Below the pieces are notes generated by a model that saw only the letters and a program-made list of their open reading frames with translations, was not told the DNA's origin and did no database searches. Shown piece by piece: positions 45,499 through 53,657 of a DNA stretch of 61,867 nt. The stretch covers positions 1 to 61,867 of the forward strand of contig CAMBPD010000001.1 of NCBI GenBank assembly GCA_945869405.1, written 5' to 3'. The position numbers and the translations under genes were made by a program. Position 1 is the stretch's first letter. The number at the start of each line of letters is the position of its first letter. The DNA is from Chryseobacterium gleum (GTDB lineage: Bacteria; Bacteroidota; Bacteroidia; Flavobacteriales_D; Sanyastnellaceae).

Positions 45499-46935
45499 AT
45501 GATTCCCTCCAAACAACGCACCCTAAAAAATGCTGTCGGTCTGAGCGGTATTGGTCTCCACACAGGGGCTACCGTAAATGTTCATATTCTTCCGGCCCCT
45601 GAAAATCATGGCTATGTCTTTCAGCGCATGGACCTCGAAGGGCAACCCCTGATACCGGCCGATTGTGATTTGGTTGTGAGCACCCAACGCGGCACAACGC
45701 TCGAATACAAAGGCGCACGCGTGTACACCACAGAACATATACTTGCTGCCATCTACGGTTGCATGGTCGACAATGCTATCATTCAGCTTGATGGCCCTGA
45801 AGTGCCCATCATGGATGGAAGTGCCAAACCCTTTGTGGACGCTATTGAAAGTGTTGGCTATCAAGATCAGGATGCTGATCGAAAATACCTGGTGCTAACC
45901 GAAAACCTCACCTACGAAGACAAAGAGAAGAAAATAGAAATGCTTGCCGTGCCATCCAATGGTGGCGAATTCCGAGTTACTGTCATGGTCGATTACAACT
46001 CGCCTGTGCTCGGCACTCAACATGCTCACATGTACGAGCTTGATCACTTTGTGCAGGAGGTATCCAACTGCCGCACCTTCGTTTTTCTAGGAGAACTTGC
46101 TGTATTAGCTAAAAACGGTCTTATCAAAGGAGGTAGCCTCGACAATGCTATCGTACTTGTAGAACGTGCATACAGCGAAATGGAAATCAAAGAAATCCTT
46201 GCACAGCTAGGCAGAGAAAATCTTGATGTGCGCGTAGAAGGAATGGGTGTCTTGAATACTGTTAAACTCCAATTTGAAAACGAGCCTGCACGCCATAAAC
46301 TCCTCGACATCGTTGGAGATCTTGCCTTAACAGGCCGGTTCATTCGCGGACACATATTGGCTGCAAGACCCGGACATTTCGGCAACGTAGAGTTTGCCAA
46401 AATTTTAAAGGGCATTGCCAAAAAGCAAAAAGACGCAGCTCCTGTGTTCGATATTTTCAAGAAGCCACTCTACGACATCAACGACATCACGAAGATGCTT
46501 CCGCATCGGTACCCGTTTCTGTTGGTCGATAAGATTCTGGAAATGGATGCCACAAGTATTATCGGCATGAAGAACGTAACGATGAATGAGCCATTCTTCC
46601 AGGGCCACTTTCCAGGCAACCCGGTAATGCCCGGTGTGCTGCAGGTTGAGGCAATGGCCCAAGTGGGCGGCATCTATGCGCTTTCACAGGTAGAAGACCC
46701 TGAAAATTACAGTACTTACTTCCTGAAAATAGATGGGGTTAAATTCAAAATGAAAGTACTTCCAGGCGACACTCTCATCTTCCGACTTACACTTGAAAGC
46801 CCCATACGCAGGGGGCTTGTGAACATGCGCGGAGTAGCGTATGTAAATGGAAAAGAGGCATGCGAAGCCACAATGCTTGCGCAAGTTGTGCGCGACAGAG
46901 TTGCCAAAGAAACCACACAAGAATCACACGTATGA
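45499..46935 (+). CDS. lpxC-fabZ: bifunctional UDP-3-O-acyl-GlcNAc deacetylase / 3-hydroxyacyl-ACP dehydratase (LpxC-FabZ fusion)
   Basis: The LpxC N-terminus reads KQRTLKNAVGLSGIGLHTG..TTEHILAA..HKLLDIVGDLAL. The FabZ C-terminus reads LPHRYPFLLVDKILE..NEPFFQGHFPGNPVMPGVLQVEAMAQ. Confidence 0.9.
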   Translation: MIPSKQRTLKNAVGLSGIGLHTGATVNVHILPAPENHGYVFQRMDLEGQPLIPADCDLVVSTQRGTTLEYKGARVYTTEHILAAIYGCMVDNAIIQLDGPEVPIMDGSAKPFVDAIESVGYQDQDADRKYLVLTENLTYEDKEKKIEMLAVPSNGGEFRVTVMVDYNSPVLGTQHAHMYELDHFVQEVSNCRTFVFLGELAVLAKNGLIKGGSLDNAIVLVERAYSEMEIKEILAQLGRENLDVRVEGMGVLNTVKLQFENEPARHKLLDIVGDLALTGRFIRGHILAARPGHFGNVEFAKILKGIAKKQKDAAPVFDIFKKPLYDINDITKMLPHRYPFLLVDKILEMDATSIIGMKNVTMNEPFFQGHFPGNPVMPGVLQVEAMAQVGGIYALSQVEDPENYSTYFLKIDGVKFKMKVLPGDTLIFRLTLESPIRRGLVNMRGVAYVNGKEACEATMLAQVVRDRVAKETTQESHV

Positions 46936-47711
46936 GCAGCCTTCAACACATCCACCCCAATGCCCGTATCGGCAAAGACGTAGTCATTGGTGCGTTTACA
47001 AGCATCGACGGCGATGTGGAAATTGGCGAAGGCACATGGATAGGCCCCAACGTCACAATTATGGACGGTGCTCGAATTGGCAAGCATTGTAAAATATTTC
47101 CCGGCGCAGTCATATCAGCAATTCCACAAGACCTAAAGTTCGAAGGTGAGGAAACCACCGCAGAAATTGGAGACTACACCACCATTCGCGAATGTTGCAC
47201 CATAAACCGCGGCACCAAAGACAGGTTCAAAACAAGTATTGGCAGCCACTGCTTACTCATGGCCTACGTGCATATCGCGCATGATGCTACTGTGGGTAAT
47301 CATTGTGTTATTGCCAATAGCGCAAATATTGCCGGCCACGTAGACATTGAGGACTGGGTAATTATTGAGGGGGTTGTTGCTATTCAACAATTCGTTCGCA
47401 TTGGCCAGCATGCTTTTATTGCAGGAGGTAGCTTGGTTCGCAAAAATGTGCCTCCCTTCGTGAAGGCCGCACGCGAACCCCTCAGCTTTGCAGGTGTAAA
47501 TACCGTTGGGTTAAGACGAAGAGGATTCGATAATGAAGTTATCGCACACATCGAAGATGTGTATCGAATGATTTACGTGCACAATAGCAATATGAGCCGG
47601 GCCATGCATGCTGCCGAACTTGAACTGCCAAACACGGAACACAAGCAAATCATTTTGGATTTCATTCGGACTAGCGACAAGGGGATTATTCGCGGGCCAC
47701 AAGGAGTCTAA
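46932..47711 (+). CDS. lpxA: acyl-ACP--UDP-N-acetylglucosamine O-acyltransferase
   Basis: IHPNARIGKDVVIGAFTSIDGDVEIGEGTWIGPNV shows hexapeptide repeats, and the C-terminal ..GVNTVGLRRRGF.. matches LpxA. The ATG overlaps the upstream stop (ATGA). Confidence 0.9.
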   Translation: MSSLQHIHPNARIGKDVVIGAFTSIDGDVEIGEGTWIGPNVTIMDGARIGKHCKIFPGAVISAIPQDLKFEGEETTAEIGDYTTIRECCTINRGTKDRFKTSIGSHCLLMAYVHIAHDATVGNHCVIANSANIAGHVDIEDWVIIEGVVAIQQFVRIGQHAFIAGGSLVRKNVPPFVKAAREPLSFAGVNTVGLRRRGFDNEVIAHIEDVYRMIYVHNSNMSRAMHAAELELPNTEHKQIILDFIRTSDKGIIRGPQGV

Positions 47712-47715
47712 AACA

Positions 47716-48330
47716 TTGAAGGTTGAACTAGAAAATATCGGCAAGCGATTTCGCAAGGAATGGATTTTTCGAAACGTATCGAGAGGACTAACAACACAAG
47801 ATTGCACAGCTATTTTAGGGAGTAATGGCTCCGGAAAATCAACGCTACTGCAAATCATCTCTGGATACCTCACACCCTCGGAAGGAGAAATTATTTGGCT
47901 ACACGGCGACGAAAAAATTCTGCGTGAACATATATACCGTCACACTGCTCTTTGCTCGCCCATGATTCAATTGTGGGACGAACTCACATTGGAAGAAAAC
48001 ATCAACCTGTTCCTTCGGTTTAAAGCGCTACCAACCTGCAAAAATGCGGCGGAATTTATGGAGCGTATTCAACTCCAAAAACAGTACAACAAGCCACTAA
48101 AGTCGTTTTCCAGCGGCATGAAACAACGCGTCAAGTTGGGCCTTGCAATCCTAAGCGACGCTCAGTTGCTACTTCTCGACGAACCATGTTCACACCTCGA
48201 TGCGGCAGGGGTTCTCTGGTATCAGTCACTACTGAGTGATAACCGACAAGAAAGAACAGTGATTATTGCTTCAAACAGCGATGAACGCGAAACCTTCCTA
48301 TGCGAAAACCGCATTGAAGTGTGTGCGTAA
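47716..48330 (+). CDS. ABC transporter ATP-binding protein (short, roughly 205 aa, no permease gene adjacent)
   Basis: GSNGSGKSTLLQIISG (Walker A), FSSGMKQRVKLG (signature) and LLLLDEP (Walker B) are present. I propose a TTG start at 47716, 5 nt after the lpxA stop; the ORF-track ATG would overlap lpxA by 104 nt. Confidence 0.75.
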   Translation: MKVELENIGKRFRKEWIFRNVSRGLTTQDCTAILGSNGSGKSTLLQIISGYLTPSEGEIIWLHGDEKILREHIYRHTALCSPMIQLWDELTLEENINLFLRFKALPTCKNAAEFMERIQLQKQYNKPLKSFSSGMKQRVKLGLAILSDAQLLLLDEPCSHLDAAGVLWYQSLLSDNRQERTVIIASNSDERETFLCENRIEVCA

Positions 48331-48334
48331 AGTC

Positions 48335-49819
48335 TCACGACTGATGGCCTGGGCGCAACAAATCATTGACGGTCTTTACTGGATTAAAAGTTGAAATAGG
48401 CACCTCAACAAAAACAGTGTTCCATAACGCCATCGCCCCGTTCCACAAGCCGGGCCATTCGAGTGCCTTTATTACGGATCCCTGCTGAAACTTCTCGCTC
48501 ACGAAACCAGAACTGTAGTCAATGAATTCATCTAGATTGTAATTCTTGCCTCTAGGATTCTTAATGGAACACACCAAATCGACAGGATTGAAATGAGTAG
48601 AGGTTGAAAACAAGCTGAGCTGTTGGGCATCATTACCATCCACTTGACTTCTTTCGACAATTTGTTTGCTCACATACCCTCCAGGCATCTTCACCCAAAA
48701 AGGTCCGCCACCCGGCTCTCCCTCATTTCGAACCATACCACACACCCTCAGTGGGCGGTCAAGCCTCAATCGGGCATACTGACGCATTTGATCGCGGTTC
48801 ATATCCAATGGAACACCCGGCTGAAACCAATGCTGAATAAAATCCAATGCCTCATCCAACTCATCCTCGCTCGTATCGAGGCGATTCAATAGATCGAAAA
48901 TTCGCTGGCGCAAATCGACCAACATTCCACCTAAAATTTGCTTGTAAAAAATCGTTTCAGATAAACGACTCCTTGTTGTTACGTTATCAATGTTTTTAAT
49001 AAAAATGACATCCGCGTCCAATTCCTGGAGGTTCCGAATTAAGGCTCCGTGTCCACTCGGACGAAACACCAACCGACCCTCATTATCTCTGAAAGGCTCG
49101 TTGTCTTTGGTTAGAGCCAACGTGTCTGTCGAGATTGCCTGAGCACTATAGGTTAACTCGAAATGATCATACTCGAATTGCCTTAGACGCTCCTCAAAAT
49201 ACTGCATCACTTTTTCTGCATGCTGAGGGGCAAGCGTAAAGTGGACTCTACAGCGTCCATCTCCCTGCTTACCATATCCAATAGACTCGCTCAAATGCTC
49301 ATCGAAGGCACTGCTCAACTCCTCACCGTAGCGATGAAATATCACTAGACCTTTCAACTGATCATCGTAGTGCAACCCATCCTCTCCGAGCAACAATTGG
49401 AAGATACGTTCCCATTGGTTCGTTGCGCGTAACTCATCTAAACTCTGTCCGAGAGTCCGCACACGAGCATCCAATAATGGATGAAATGGGAAACGATCAA
49501 AATTCAGAATAAACTCCTCGGTCAACTCCGATACATTTTCTGACTGGTAATTGTATAGGTGCTTGAACATTCGGCTCGCAGCGCCGGAAGATGGAACAAA
49601 CTTTTGAATAGACAGCTTGGATCTTGACTGTTCAAAGATGCGCTGATACGAGTTGCACTCGGAAGCGCTCAAGGCCAAAACCCCGTCTCCAACAGTGCAC
49701 GGTCGGTCTAAACGAGCAGGCTGTGTATCCTGAACAAATTGGTGAATTTGCTGCAATACGTCGCCGACAGTCATACCGCGCTGTAGCAACAATAATTCAT
49801 CTTCAGCATTGAACGCCAT
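48335..49819 (-). CDS. DUF4301-like protein with UDP-sugar-pyrophosphorylase-type signature motifs
   Basis: Its size (494 aa) and the FVPSSGAASRMFKHL and FRPSGHGALIRNL motifs support the call. The DUF4301 assignment is from memory of the family. Confidence 0.55.
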   Translation of the reverse strand: MAFNAEDELLLLQRGMTVGDVLQQIHQFVQDTQPARLDRPCTVGDGVLALSASECNSYQRIFEQSRSKLSIQKFVPSSGAASRMFKHLYNYQSENVSELTEEFILNFDRFPFHPLLDARVRTLGQSLDELRATNQWERIFQLLLGEDGLHYDDQLKGLVIFHRYGEELSSAFDEHLSESIGYGKQGDGRCRVHFTLAPQHAEKVMQYFEERLRQFEYDHFELTYSAQAISTDTLALTKDNEPFRDNEGRLVFRPSGHGALIRNLQELDADVIFIKNIDNVTTRSRLSETIFYKQILGGMLVDLRQRIFDLLNRLDTSEDELDEALDFIQHWFQPGVPLDMNRDQMRQYARLRLDRPLRVCGMVRNEGEPGGGPFWVKMPGGYVSKQIVERSQVDGNDAQQLSLFSTSTHFNPVDLVCSIKNPRGKNYNLDEFIDYSSGFVSEKFQQGSVIKALEWPGLWNGAMALWNTVFVEVPISTFNPVKTVNDLLRPGHQS

Positions 49820-49948
49820 CGAAAGTCAATTTTGTGCGAAGATAATCCCAGGAAAAAAAGTTTACCCCATAAGAAAACCGCCAGGCTCAAATCCGAAGAT
49901 TCTCGCCATGGCGGCCCTCCACCCTATTTCGGTTGAATATCGTTTTGT

Positions 49949-50314
49949 CTATGCTGCCGGACGCTGTATTGCGTCTGTCAATTGAGCATAAACTATCTGA
50001 CAATTTTGTTTTACCCGATTCACCAAGGATGGCAAGCCATCGAGGTTTCTCAAGTATTTTGAGTCTTGTTCAATCTGAACGATATCGGCCTCCATGTCCT
50101 TTATACCCAACATGGCTACCGAACTCTTGGCTTTGTGTGCCAATGGATGCAATGAAAGTGGTTCGTTCTTCCTCACGCACTCCTCCATTTCATGCACGTA
50201 CTTGGGTACTTGTTGTAAGAAGAGCACAATGATATTATTGATCATCTCACGATTTCCCTGAAACACTTGGTTGAGGTAGGAGAGATCATAACGGGCGGTA
50301 GAATTTATTTCCAT
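49949..50314 (-). CDS. stand-alone histidine phosphotransfer (Hpt) domain protein
   Basis: ..LHPLAHKAKSSVAMLGI.. fits the Hpt H-x-x-K-(G/S)-S-x-x-x-(L/F)-G motif. Its 121 aa make up one four-helix-bundle-sized domain. Confidence 0.7.
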   Translation of the reverse strand: MEINSTARYDLSYLNQVFQGNREMINNIIVLFLQQVPKYVHEMEECVRKNEPLSLHPLAHKAKSSVAMLGIKDMEADIVQIEQDSKYLRNLDGLPSLVNRVKQNCQIVYAQLTDAIQRPAA

Positions 50315-50449
50315 TTTCTTTTAGTTAGGTTAGGTGCTTGTACCAACGCAGTTCCGTTTAGGTTACAGTTTCAACCGAAAAAAAATTCACTTCTTGCAAA
50401 AGCCCTTGTTTTTGTTGGAGTGTGGCCACGTAGATTTATCTTGCGCTCC

Positions 50450-51466
50450 ATGATTAAAGTGCTTGTAACAGGAGGTGGCGGCTACATAGGTTCGCACACC
50501 GTGATTGAATTACTCAACCATGGTTTCCTGCCCGTTATCGTCGACAATTTTTCGAATAGCGATGAGCGGGTGATTGGCGGGTTAGAGGAGATACTGGGAT
50601 ATACGCCTGCACTGTACCGATGCGATTGCACCGATAAAGAAGCTTTAAGGAGTGTGTTTCAGAACGAAATGCCCGATGCCGTGATACACTTCGCTGCTTT
50701 TAAAGCGGTGGGTGAATCGACCGAGCAACCCATACGCTACTACCGTAATAATGTATCGTCCTTACTCACTGTGCTTGAACTCATGCAGGAGTTTGGTACA
50801 CGAGACCTGGTTTTCAGCAGCAGCTGCACCGTATATGGCCAGCCTGCAGTGCTCCCTGTGGATGAAGATTGCCCTCAAGCGAAAGCTACTTCGCCCTACG
50901 GATATAGCAAGCAAGTATGCGAACGCATTATAGAGGACGCGTGTAATTCAAATTCTCAACTCCGAGCGGTGTTGCTTCGTTACTTCAATCCGATTGGAGC
51001 ACATCCGTCTGGATTGATCGGGGAACTCCCTTACGGAGTGCCCAATAACCTAGTGCCCTACATCGCACAAACCGCCGCCGGCATTCGTGAAAAGCTCACC
51101 ATACACGGCAACGATTATTCAACGCCAGATGGCACCTGCATTCGAGATTAAATTCATGTATGCGATTTGGCAGTGGCTCACGTAAAGGCCCTTGAATGGC
51201 TCGACACTCAACAAAACATTTGCGAAGCCATCAACCTAGGACAAGGCAAAGGGAACAGTGTGAAAGAAGTGGTAGACACGTTTGTGCGCGTTTGTGAAAC
51301 AGCAGTGCTCGTTGAAAATGGGCCCCGCAGGCCAGGTGATGTGGAGCAAGTTTGGGCAGATGCATCGAAGGCATTGAAAATTCTTAATTGGAAAACGGAA
51401 AAAACGTTGGCCGATGCTTTGAAAGATGCCTGGCGCTGGCAGCAGCGGCTCAATCAAACGTCTTGA
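50450..51466 (+). pseudogene. galE: UDP-glucose 4-epimerase interrupted by a single in-frame TAA (codon 234 of 338)
   Basis: MIKVLVTGGGGYIGSHT.. and ..SPYGYSKQVCE.. lead to ..PDGTCIRD-TAA-IHVCDLAVAHVKALEWL... The ORFs at 50267-51151 and 51167-51466 are in the same frame. The stop at 51149-51151 replaces the Tyr of the conserved DYIHV motif. Confidence 0.8.
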
Positions 51467-51470
51467 TTCA

Positions 51471-52136
51471 TCACATCATAATCGTTTGTGAAATGACTAT
51501 CCAATTCACGACCGCTCCTAAGCAAAACCCTGCATAGACCTGCCCGTGTGTGTGTGCATCGAGATACAAACGCGAATATCCCGTAACGCCCGCCATTAGT
51601 AAGGATAACGCCGGATACAAGGTGTCCAAATTCGGGTGAATCACATTCAGCGCCAGCAACGTGCCGAAGACTCCTCCTTGCGCGAGCATGTGCACCGATA
51701 TTTTCCAAACACTATTAATGGAAAGACTGATAGCAAGCGAAACAATCACAGAAAGAAAAAAGCTGAAAACCGTATCGGGGAGATAAGGTCCCTTCCAACG
51801 CAGCATGATGTAGGATAAGATATAGTAAAAAATCACAAGCAAGTAGGGGCCAAATCGTTCTTTACGATTCCGCAACTCGATGCTAGTCAGCATGCCATAC
51901 CGAATCATTATAAGCATGCTCACAGCCGGAGCAACAATATTTACCCCAAGAAGCAAAAAAACAAAGTAGTCGGCCTGCGAGGGAGCGATGTAATAAGGAT
52001 CTATAGTGCGCACCGACATGTAAATGATAAGTGGCATCCACAGCGGGTGAAAAACCAAGGAGAGCACCTGCGCCATTCGATACACAAAAGGTTTCCTTGT
52101 TGGAATTGCTGCTATTTCGGTGGCCTTTTCTACCAT
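51471..52136 (-). CDS. polytopic membrane protein, PAP2-like phosphatase family (tentative)
   Basis: Six hydrophobic segments are present. The motifs ..RNRKERFGP.., ..KISVHM.. and ..YSRLYLDAHTHGQV.. are loosely compatible with the PAP2 KxxxxxxRP / SxH / SRxxxxxHxxx(D) signature. The start overlaps the rpoN stop; an alternative Met lies at 52076. Confidence 0.5.
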   Translation of the reverse strand: MVEKATEIAAIPTRKPFVYRMAQVLSLVFHPLWMPLIIYMSVRTIDPYYIAPSQADYFVFLLLGVNIVAPAVSMLIMIRYGMLTSIELRNRKERFGPYLLVIFYYILSYIMLRWKGPYLPDTVFSFFLSVIVSLAISLSINSVWKISVHMLAQGGVFGTLLALNVIHPNLDTLYPALSLLMAGVTGYSRLYLDAHTHGQVYAGFCLGAVVNWIVISQTIMM

Positions 52137-53590
52137 TCTTTTCTGAGACGTGCTACAGGTATTCCCAACTGTTCTCTGTATTTCGCTACGGTTCGACGGG
52201 CTATGTTGTACCCTTTCTCATTGAGAATGGTCATTAGCTTTTCATCGGTAACAGGCTTACGCTTATTTTCTACCTCAAGAGCATCACGCAAAATCTGTTT
52301 CACTTCGCGTGAAGATACCTCCTCGCCATCATCGGTACTCAAGCTTTCACTAAAGAAGTACTTCAACAAATACGTTCCATACTGTGTCTGAATGTGCTTG
52401 CTATTCGCTACGCGGCTTATGGTCGAAATATCCATGCTTACCATATCGGCAATATCCTTCAAAATCATGGGCTTCAACTTAGTTTCATCGCCAGACAAGA
52501 AAAACTCCTTCTGATAATTTACGATAGCCTGCATGCAAAAGAGCAGCGTATCGTTGCGCTGTTTTATGGCGTCTATGAACCACTTGGCGCCATCGATTTT
52601 CTGTTTTACAAATAGCAAGGCTTCCTTCTCTTTTGCATCCTTTACTTTCGCCTTTGCGTAGTGTTGCATCATATCGCGATATTCACGACTGATGCGCAAT
52701 TCAGGTGCATTTCTGCCATTCAGGGTCAGCTTCAATTCGTCATCCTCAGCAATCAATAAGAAATCAGGAACGATATGCTGTACCGTTCGAGCCGACTCCA
52801 TCATGCTATTGCCTGGTTTCGGATTGAGATGAAGAATGAGGTCAATGGCTGGCTTTAGCTCTGCCTCTTCTATATCCAGGCGTTTTGCAATTTTCTCGTA
52901 ATGCTTCTTGGTGAACTCTTCAAAATACTTCTGAATTACGCGTTCTGCCATCACAGTGACTGCATTGCGCGTCTCTGATCGCTTCACCTGTATGAGTAGG
53001 CACTCCCGTAAATCGCGCGCGCCAACACCCGGAGGGTCGAGCTCTTGAACCACCTTAAGAACTTCTTCAAGCTCAGCCACGGTTGTGCTTATGTTCATGG
53101 AGAATGCCAAGTCGTTTGCAACCGCGGCCAACTCTCGGCGCAAATACCCATTCTCATCAAGATTCCCAATGAGATATTCCGCCAACAACCGCTGCTCGTC
53201 GTCCAAGTCTGTCATTCCGAGTTGGGCAAACAAAAGATCCTGAAAAGTACGACCAGCCCCGAGCGGTGTATCGCGCTCATCGTCGTCGGCGCTGTGATTG
53301 TTTACTCGTAGCTTGTAATCAGGTACTTCGTCATCGTCGAAATACTCAGAGAGGTCAATCTCGTCCTCTTCCTTTGAATCTTCCTGCTGTTCATCCTGCT
53401 GATCTTCGGATTTCTCGTCCTCTGATCGCTCATCCTCATCGGCACCCTCTTCCAATGCAGGATTAATTTCCATCTCCTCTTTAATGCGCTGATCCAACTC
53501 CATGGTTGGTATTTGCAGCATCTTCATGAGCTGGATTTGCTGTGGCGATAATTTTACTTGTAATCGTTGCTGTAAGGTCTGCTTCAACAT
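52130..53590 (-). CDS. rpoN: RNA polymerase sigma-54 factor
   Basis: MLKQTLQQRLQVKLSPQQIQLMKMLQIPTMELDQRIKEEMEINPALE, an acidic linker, and the RpoN box (..NIARRTVAKYREQLGIP) match sigma-54. Confidence 0.9.
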   Translation of the reverse strand: MLKQTLQQRLQVKLSPQQIQLMKMLQIPTMELDQRIKEEMEINPALEEGADEDERSEDEKSEDQQDEQQEDSKEEDEIDLSEYFDDDEVPDYKLRVNNHSADDDERDTPLGAGRTFQDLLFAQLGMTDLDDEQRLLAEYLIGNLDENGYLRRELAAVANDLAFSMNISTTVAELEEVLKVVQELDPPGVGARDLRECLLIQVKRSETRNAVTVMAERVIQKYFEEFTKKHYEKIAKRLDIEEAELKPAIDLILHLNPKPGNSMMESARTVQHIVPDFLLIAEDDELKLTLNGRNAPELRISREYRDMMQHYAKAKVKDAKEKEALLFVKQKIDGAKWFIDAIKQRNDTLLFCMQAIVNYQKEFFLSGDETKLKPMILKDIADMVSMDISTISRVANSKHIQTQYGTYLLKYFFSESLSTDDGEEVSSREVKQILRDALEVENKRKPVTDEKLMTILNEKGYNIARRTVAKYREQLGIPVARLRKEW

Positions 53591-53657
53591 AACCCTTCAA
53601 ACCTACACCAATTTTTGGTATCCTTCCACTTCTTATCGTTTCTTTGTCGCCAATTGC

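Noticed and set aside
51149-51151. Possibility that the in-frame TAA in galE is decoded (stop-codon reassignment or programmed readthrough)
   Set aside because: TAA is used as an ordinary terminator by many other genes in this window (for example 12937-12939, 20933-20935 and 45346-45348). No recoding signal is evident. A point mutation or sequencing error is the simpler explanation.
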